Assembly (NCBI GenBank): GCA_950097015.1
Contig: CATNEN010000001.1
Location: 19,964,001 to 20,028,000, forward strand
Direction: 5' to 3'
DNA: 64,000 bases
Source: Macrostomum hystrix
Lineage: Eukaryota > Animalia > Platyhelminthes
Numbering within the stretch: the first letter of the stretch is position 1; every line of letters begins with the position of its first letter. The translations under genes were made by a program, and so were the position numbers. The notes under the pieces are model-generated. The model was not told the DNA's origin and ran no database searches. It saw only the letters and a program-made list of their open reading frames with translations. This document shows positions 58,074 to 64,000 of this stretch, piece by piece.

Positions 58074-59357
58074 ATGGCTTACGGATTCAACCCCAGGCTC
58101 GACTTGTTCAAGACACCCGTGCTGCAGACTTGCATTGCGAAATCCACCTATGTTGACATTCATCCCGTGAATTCCATTGTTGCAAACTCACCCATTGAAT
58201 TTGACTGCCACCAATCAGCTGACGAGTACACTGATTTAGTGAACTCATTTCTCTACATTCGTTGCCGCATTGTGAGGCTGAATGGAGCATTGATGAGGGA
58301 GGATGAGCTGGGTGAGGGTGGAGTTATCGCAGACAGCAGAGACAGCAATGTGCATCCGGAAAATTTTGTGTTGCCCACAGCCTTCTCAGATGTAATTGTT
58401 AGCATTAACCAGCGAATCGTCTCTGGGGGTGACCAGCTGTACCCGTACCATGCCTACTTCAAAGCACTGATGAGCTCATCAGATGCCCAGCAACTCAAAT
58501 TTCACCCTGCCGGTTTCCTGGAACCCGACTCAGCTGATGAGGACCACACTGAGAACCACAGGACCTCCCAATGGAGGGAATATGCGGGACCACTCCTTAG
58601 CGACATTTTCCAGTGCCCTGTGTTTCTGCTGAACAATTTGCACCTGCACATCAAACTGGTGCCCAGTGATGGAGCATTTGGAATCAGAGCTCCAGCCGCC
58701 AACAACACCGCCTACAGGATGGAAATATCGCACTGCATCCTCTATCTTCGCCGAGTCAAAGTTCTGCCCCACATCAGCTTGGCTCACGAGCAGGGGCTGG
58801 CTAATCAGAATGCGCTCTACCCAATTGAGCGAACTGAAATGCAAAACTTCATCCTGCCCCAGGGAATTCAGTCAAAGAATATTGAAGGATTCACACATGG
58901 AAAGCTCCCGAAATTCATCATGCTGGCCTTCGTCAACCACCGAGCCTTCAATGGGCACCATCATTCCAGCCCGTTCCAGTTCCAAAACTTCAACCTGAGT
59001 CAGCTTGCTCTCAAGAAAGGGGGTGAATCCATGTGCCATGGGGCATTTACACCGGAGAACAATTCGTTTGTGAGAGAGTATTTGCACTTCCTGAAAAGCT
59101 GTCAATCTGCGAGCCACACCAACTCGGTTCCGTGGATTCCCTACCAGCTCTTCTCGAACGAGAACACTGTGTTCGCATTCGATCTGACGCCCGAGGGAGC
59201 GGCTCTGTGGTACGGGCAGAAGGAGGGAAACCTGCGGCTGGAGATTCGGTTCCGACAGGCCTTGGGTGAAGCCGTGTCCTTGATTGTGATGTGCGTGTAT
59301 GACTCACTGATTGAGGTCACCAAGCATTGGGAGCTATTGCTGGTTTATTCGTCTTGA
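58074..59357 (+). CDS. Major capsid protein (double jelly-roll, PY)
   Basis: LDLF..P.LQT.I...YVDIHP....PIEF...YTDL.NSFLY, YPYHAYF, GKLPK, PFQFQNFNLS, FAFDLTP, GNLRLEIRF; intact 427 aa. Confidence 0.93.
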   Translation: MAYGFNPRLDLFKTPVLQTCIAKSTYVDIHPVNSIVANSPIEFDCHQSADEYTDLVNSFLYIRCRIVRLNGALMREDELGEGGVIADSRDSNVHPENFVLPTAFSDVIVSINQRIVSGGDQLYPYHAYFKALMSSSDAQQLKFHPAGFLEPDSADEDHTENHRTSQWREYAGPLLSDIFQCPVFLLNNLHLHIKLVPSDGAFGIRAPAANNTAYRMEISHCILYLRRVKVLPHISLAHEQGLANQNALYPIERTEMQNFILPQGIQSKNIEGFTHGKLPKFIMLAFVNHRAFNGHHHSSPFQFQNFNLSQLALKKGGESMCHGAFTPENNSFVREYLHFLKSCQSASHTNSVPWIPYQLFSNENTVFAFDLTPEGAALWYGQKEGNLRLEIRFRQALGEAVSLIVMCVYDSLIEVTKHWELLLVYSS

Positions 59358-59905
59358 TGAATATTGGCATGGATGCCCTTCAACTGTTTTCTCTTGCTAG
59401 ATCCTTCCTGCCCAGCAGTCAAATCCTGATAGTCACACTTTGCCCGAAGCAGAAGACCTGCACAATAAACCGAGGTGGCAGAACGCATGTGGAAATTCCC
59501 CATTACAACAAAATTACATTCTTCTTGATAAAGCACAGCGTCTCGTTTGGTCACTGGGTTGCTTGTTACTTTGGTAATGGAAATACAGTTGAATTATTTG
59601 ATTCTCTCGGTTGGAATGCACAAACTCTTAGTGCTATTCACAATTTTCTTGCAAATAAATTAAAGTTTCCATTCCGCAGGCTTTGTAATGTTAATCGAAT
59701 CCAATGCTGCCACTCAGACAAGTGCGGAATTTTCTGTCTCTATTTTGCTTATCAAAGATTGATTTCGAAAAGTTCATTTGAATTGGTTCTGCTAAGCCTA
59801 CACGTGAAGAAAAACTGTCCATTGAATGATAGAGTGCTTTGCCAGTTTGAAGCCAGCTTAAGAAAAAGAGTGTTTCGGAGCAAAAAAATAAAATTGTTGC
59901 AATAA
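59357..59905 (+). CDS. Adenain-like cysteine protease
   Basis: GHWVA, ELFDSLG, RIQ...SDKCGIFCLYF. Confidence 0.92.
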   Translation: MNIGMDALQLFSLARSFLPSSQILIVTLCPKQKTCTINRGGRTHVEIPHYNKITFFLIKHSVSFGHWVACYFGNGNTVELFDSLGWNAQTLSAIHNFLANKLKFPFRRLCNVNRIQCCHSDKCGIFCLYFAYQRLISKSSFELVLLSLHVKKNCPLNDRVLCQFEASLRKRVFRSKKIKLLQ

Positions 59906-59917
59906 AGCCTGAAAGAC

Positions 59918-60565
59918 ATGGAAGCAGAAAAAGTGTACTATGATGTGCGCCTGCGGCAGGGCAGCTGCATGATTGTCTGTGGACCCGCAAATGCTGGAAA
60001 GACAACCTTCGTGAAGCATCTAATCCAGTACAGGGATGTATTATTCGACGTCCAGCCTGGGAGAGTGCTCTGGTACTATGGGATCCCACAGCCAGCGCAT
60101 GCTGAGTTGAGCAGTCGTGGTGTGCAATTGCATCAGGGATTCCCAACCAACTTTGAGAGCTCATTGATGAGCAATGATTTGGTTATTTTTGATGATATAA
60201 TTGATGAAAGTTCTAATTCTGCTTCAATGCGAAATACTTTCACTGGATTCGCCCATTATCTGCCATGCTTTCTTGTAATGCTCACTCAGAATATGTTTTT
60301 CAAGGGCAAAGAGTCGCGGACCATGAGCTTGAACGCGATGTACTTTGTGATCCTAAAAAACCCCAGAGACCAGCAGCAGATCGCTGCATTGGGCAGGCAG
60401 TGTTTTCCAGAGAAGCCTGGCTTCCTGCTTGCTGTGTTTAAGCATGTCACAGCGCAGGGCAGGGGGACCTACCTATTTCTGGATTTTCACCCTTGCACTC
60501 CTGATGAGTTGCGAGTGCGAGCCAGAATTCTGCCCAATCAGAGGCCACATCTGGTTTATGCTTAA
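59918..60565 (+). CDS. Packaging ATPase
   Basis: GPANAGKT, LVIFDD, LTQNMF, KNPRD. Confidence 0.95.
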   Translation: MEAEKVYYDVRLRQGSCMIVCGPANAGKTTFVKHLIQYRDVLFDVQPGRVLWYYGIPQPAHAELSSRGVQLHQGFPTNFESSLMSNDLVIFDDIIDESSNSASMRNTFTGFAHYLPCFLVMLTQNMFFKGKESRTMSLNAMYFVILKNPRDQQQIAALGRQCFPEKPGFLLAVFKHVTAQGRGTYLFLDFHPCTPDELRVRARILPNQRPHLVYA

Positions 60566-60605
60566 GAATAGGTTGAAAATGTATCTTGCCCGAATTACTG
60601 CAACA

Positions 60606-60911
60606 ATGGAAGTGTTCGAAACTCATCAAAGCTTATTTGAAGTCCTTGCCTCACCCAAATATACAATTAGCCTCAAGCGCGCAATAATAAAGCTGGGTCC
60701 GACTGGAGTTTGCACTTTTCTTGTCGAGGCCTGTTACAACCTATTGAAAGACAATTTGCCATTTTCTCTTGTTGAAAAGACAGCGCTATTGAAATCTAAA
60801 AAAATAATCCGCGAAATTCCCCGGCAAAGAAAAAAGAGTGACTTACTTAAATATTATTTTATCAAAATCCTTCCAATTCTGCTGAAGCTGGTCAAAAGGA
60901 AGAGAAGATGA
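60606..60911 (+). CDS. Conserved small Polinton protein
   Basis: Homolog of 9839-10162. Confidence 0.65.
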   Translation: MEVFETHQSLFEVLASPKYTISLKRAIIKLGPTGVCTFLVEACYNLLKDNLPFSLVEKTALLKSKKIIREIPRQRKKSDLLKYYFIKILPILLKLVKRKRR

Positions 60912-60912
60912 G

Positions 60913-61601
60913 ATGCATAAATTCACTGAGATGGTTCTCATTTCAAGGTCCGAATATGAAATGCTAAAGAGGAGTGTCAAACCCATGGAGTCTGTGAGTG
61001 ACACGGCCACAAAGCAAGCACAATTGAAATGCGATGATATCTTGTTGACCGAAGACTATCCAGATGATATGAAGGCAGCACTGTACCAGAGTGCCATGAA
61101 GAACTTGCTGGCGAAGCGAAACAGGCAGGAAAGGAAACAGCATCAGAAGAGAAAAAAGCAAAGATTGTGAAACCCGAGATGCCTCTAAGAAGCTGGGAAG
61201 AAAAAATCTGCCAGTCAGTGCCACAGAAGTTCAAACCCAGGGCTCGCAGTCTATGGGCCACCCTATCTGGCAGCCAGTCTGCTATCCGGGTGTCCGATAA
61301 TGGGGAGGTGAATATTTCTGGGAACTCGATCCCTGCCTCAAACATAGTGGATTTAATTCTGCACACAGTGAAGGACTCAAAAAGTTCCAGTGAGCCTGTG
61401 GGATGGGCCGCTTTCAGTGAGTTGCTGCGCCAAAAGAATCTCAATGTGCCAATGTCAGCCGTAGGAAAATCTGTACAGAAAGAAATTTTGGACCCAATTT
61501 TGAGTGAAGAGGCACAGCCCTCACTCAAGGGACTGGGCAGCAAGTCTGCTTGGCTGAGGTTAAACAGGGAGAGAAAAAAGTATTTAAGAAAGGGAGGATA
61601 A
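60913..61601 (+). pseudogene. Conserved Polinton protein, 1-nt frameshift at ~61120
   Basis: Two ORFs (60913-61170, 61167-61601) correspond to the single ORF 10146-10823. Confidence 0.75.
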
Positions 61602-61638
61602 TCGAATTCTGCTGGTTTCAAGGCACGGTCGCTTGAGC

Positions 61639-62487
61639 ATGAACTACATAGACATTCAGGGCTTCCCGTGCGACGGAGAGAATGATGACTTCATCGTGAA
61701 GGAGTTGGCGATCCTTGAAGTCAGGAAAGGAAGCTATCACATTTCCCACCATGTGTACGCACCGCCATATGATTGGCAGAGAGTTTCACCTGACATACGA
61801 ACGTACTACAATCAGCTTTCCAAAAATCTACATAAGCTTAAGTGGACCGATGGAACTCGACCATATTTTCAATTAGCTGATGACATTGTGAGCATTGGTA
61901 GCGGCGTCAACTGGACAAGCGGAGAGAAGAAAACTATTTTTCTAACTGAGTTACTTGGCAGACTGGTCTACAATCTAGACGATTTGGGCCCGCCTTTGAG
62001 CGATGAGTCAGACACTGGCTGTGCAATGAAAAATGTTCTACTGTACTACAGCTGGCTGAAGCCAACATTTTGTGTCAACTTAAGAAGCGACAAGTGCTTG
62101 TGGCATAAGAGCTCAAGAGACTGTAGCAGCAGCAACAGCCATATCAACACTCAAAATGAGCAGAGGAGCTGCAACCCTGAGTGTCACCAACCTTGTTGGT
62201 GGAGTGGATCTGAGACTGAATGGAGGCAGGGGCGCCCAGCTTCCTCTAAGGGAGCTGGCTCTGAGCATGGCTCATGTGATTTACCGCCCCGTGTGGCCCA
62301 GAGTGCTCATCAAGCGGATGCGGAATCCCAGAGTCACCCTACTGCTCTATCCCACCGGCCAGCTCAGCATCTGTGGAGCAAAGAGCTACGCCGACTCGGT
62401 CAGGGCTGCCCGGCGCTTCATCGCTATGCTGCATCGCCGAGTGCCGGCTCAACTGCTGCCTCGTCAAGCTTTCTGTGTGAGAATTAA
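61639..62487 (+). CDS. DEDD/DnaQ-like nuclease-fold protein
   Basis: Homolog of 10865-11716. Confidence 0.65.
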   Translation: MNYIDIQGFPCDGENDDFIVKELAILEVRKGSYHISHHVYAPPYDWQRVSPDIRTYYNQLSKNLHKLKWTDGTRPYFQLADDIVSIGSGVNWTSGEKKTIFLTELLGRLVYNLDDLGPPLSDESDTGCAMKNVLLYYSWLKPTFCVNLRSDKCLWHKSSRDCSSSNSHINTQNEQRSCNPECHQPCWWSGSETEWRQGRPASSKGAGSEHGSCDLPPRVAQSAHQADAESQSHPTALSHRPAQHLWSKELRRLGQGCPALHRYAASPSAGSTAASSSFLCEN

Positions 62488-62722
62488 GACTATTACTGCT
62501 AGGGGAAACCTTGAATTATGCGGTGCTTTATCCCTGTCTACTTTAAACAGTATTCTACCCGCTGCGAACTATGAACCTGAATCCTTTTCTGCTTTGATTT
62601 GTAAACTCCGTTTTTGTAAGTGTTTGCTTTTCCATAACGGCTCGTTTGTTCTCAGCGGAGCTCGCTCTCTGAGTCAATTGCGCTCCGATGCTGAGTACCT
62701 TGCAACACTCATCCTTTCTTGA
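62156..62722 (+). CDS. TBP-like protein (second copy)
   Basis: Same two-repeat TBP fold: VTNLVGGVDL...RNPRVTLLLYPTGQLSICGAKS, NYEPESFSALI...LLFHNGSFVLSGARS. Confidence 0.9.
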   Translation: MSRGAATLSVTNLVGGVDLRLNGGRGAQLPLRELALSMAHVIYRPVWPRVLIKRMRNPRVTLLLYPTGQLSICGAKSYADSVRAARRFIAMLHRRVPAQLLPRQAFCVRIKTITARGNLELCGALSLSTLNSILPAANYEPESFSALICKLRFCKCLLFHNGSFVLSGARSLSQLRSDAEYLATLILS

Positions 62723-63617
62723 CTTTGAAAACAATTGCTTTAACGTGGATTGGAATGCTGGATTCTGACCCGGCTTGAGCGCAGAAAGCCAAATTGATGA
62801 AAAAAACGGAACATTAGCTTCGTGAAGGAAGATTTTGTTTATTTTTAATTGCTGTTCTTGTAAACGAATACAGGAAACTTACGCAAATGTAAAAAAATAA
62901 TAAATGTAAAAAAAATCAAAACCCACCACCGTATCGATTAAACAAGACAAAAAATCAAACAAAATCACCAGCTAAATTGACACCAGCAATATCAATATGT
63001 TAGTGAAGGTAGTTGAAAAATTGGCAACAGACAAATGCCGGGGCACTCCGTTCTTGCAAACAAATTCGATTTTTTTTGCTTTCATTGTTTTTCTAAGAAA
63101 ATCAGACACAGCTTTTTTCATTTTGATACAACAAAGGATTTATTAATACGAAAAAGAAAATTGAAAAAATAATTAGATCAAAAGTACATTTTATCAAGAG
63201 AAACCATACGAGCTATGAGCAAGACTTAAAACGAATGGCAACAAAAATACCTTCTACCAGGAGCTGAATAGTGAGATTAAAGCAGAGGCAGACAATCATT
63301 ACATGCACGATAAAATGTAATAGGAAAAGAAGCTTTAAAGTCAAATCATTGCAGACACATCGAGAACCGAAAAACAATGACGGAGAGTAAGGCAAATAAT
63401 GAGTTCAAACAAATAACTTGAAAAAAAACAATCACCATTGAAAATGTGCATTAGTACGACGTATGATTATGAAGCACAACGCAGAAAGCTCATGTTAAAG
63501 AATAGCTGCAGCTGCACCACCAGAAATTCACTGAACAAAATTGTCTTCTAGGCTTGATCACAGATACTATAATAACTGTGATCTGTGGGCTTGATTAATT
63601 ACCAGTTCATTGGATGA

Positions 63618-63620
<3 letters not shown>

Positions 63621-63658
<38 letters not shown>

Positions 63659-63676
63659 TGTGTGTGTTGTGTGTGA
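63621..63676. repeat. (GT)n microsatellite
   Basis: Direct observation. Confidence 0.95.
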
Positions 63677-64000
63677 GTCCTGTGTCAGTGCAAATTTTTT
63701 TGACACAAGTTATCCGAATTAAAAGTTCGGAAGTTCGGAAGTTCGAATTAAAGCTGCCATGAGCAAATCATTTTGTAAACAAGTGGAATTCACATCTGTT
63801 AGTTGCAGCACAGCTTTTTTTTTATGAAAAGCAATAGTTGCTCTTTCTGCTTATTTACAGCAGCACAGTTCCAAAAGACATTCATTTACAAAAACTAAAT
63901 AGAGAAACTGCATTCGAAAAGTTTTAGAACAACTCTTTGCATTCCAAGTCCATATTCAGTTCGAATTAGTCAAGAGAGCAAAAATAATCAATCTTCTTGC

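Larger units (their letters stand above)
56782..62722 (+). mobile_element. Second Polinton/Maverick (related subfamily), truncated: no TIR, PC4 or pPolB visible
   Basis: Same gene order as 6418-11957, from the integrase tail to the TBP-like gene. Confidence 0.93.

Noticed and set aside
62723-64000. Right arm (pPolB/TIR) of the second Polinton
   Set aside because: No pPolB motifs or TIR sequence seen; AT-rich DNA and a microsatellite follow. The remainder is deleted or lies beyond the window

Overview
This is eukaryotic (most likely invertebrate animal) genomic DNA made up almost entirely of mobile elements. (1) A complete 14.5 kb Polinton/Maverick endogenous virus lies at 3279-17818, with AGTAGTAG termini, ~734 bp TIRs and a 6 bp TSD TCTTGA. 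It carries integrase+chromodomain, minor and major capsid, a basic core protein, adenain protease, packaging ATPase, a DEDD-like nuclease and a disrupted protein-primed PolB. Unusually, it also carries a TATA-binding-protein (TBP)-like gene and a tandem PC4-like gene. (2) A second, diverged and truncated Polinton at 56782-62722 has the same gene order and again the TBP-like gene; its integrase is cut off by a tyrosine-recombinase-like element. (3) A 14.8 kb KDZ (Kyakuja-Dileera-Zisupton) DNA transposon at 19415-34257 has ~1.29 kb TIRs, a 7 bp TSD, a spliced CxC-KDZ transposase and a convergent spliced HMG-like accessory gene. (4) A young, apparently intact Ty3/Gypsy element lies at 34671-39287. 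(5) The remainder includes decayed hAT, LINE and DIRS-like remnants, two solo LTRs, several minisatellites and a small intronless HES/E(spl)-like bHLH-WRPW gene. The most notable observation is a Polinton lineage encoding its own TBP-like and PC4-like proteins. All family assignments come from motif recognition by eye; no database search was run.
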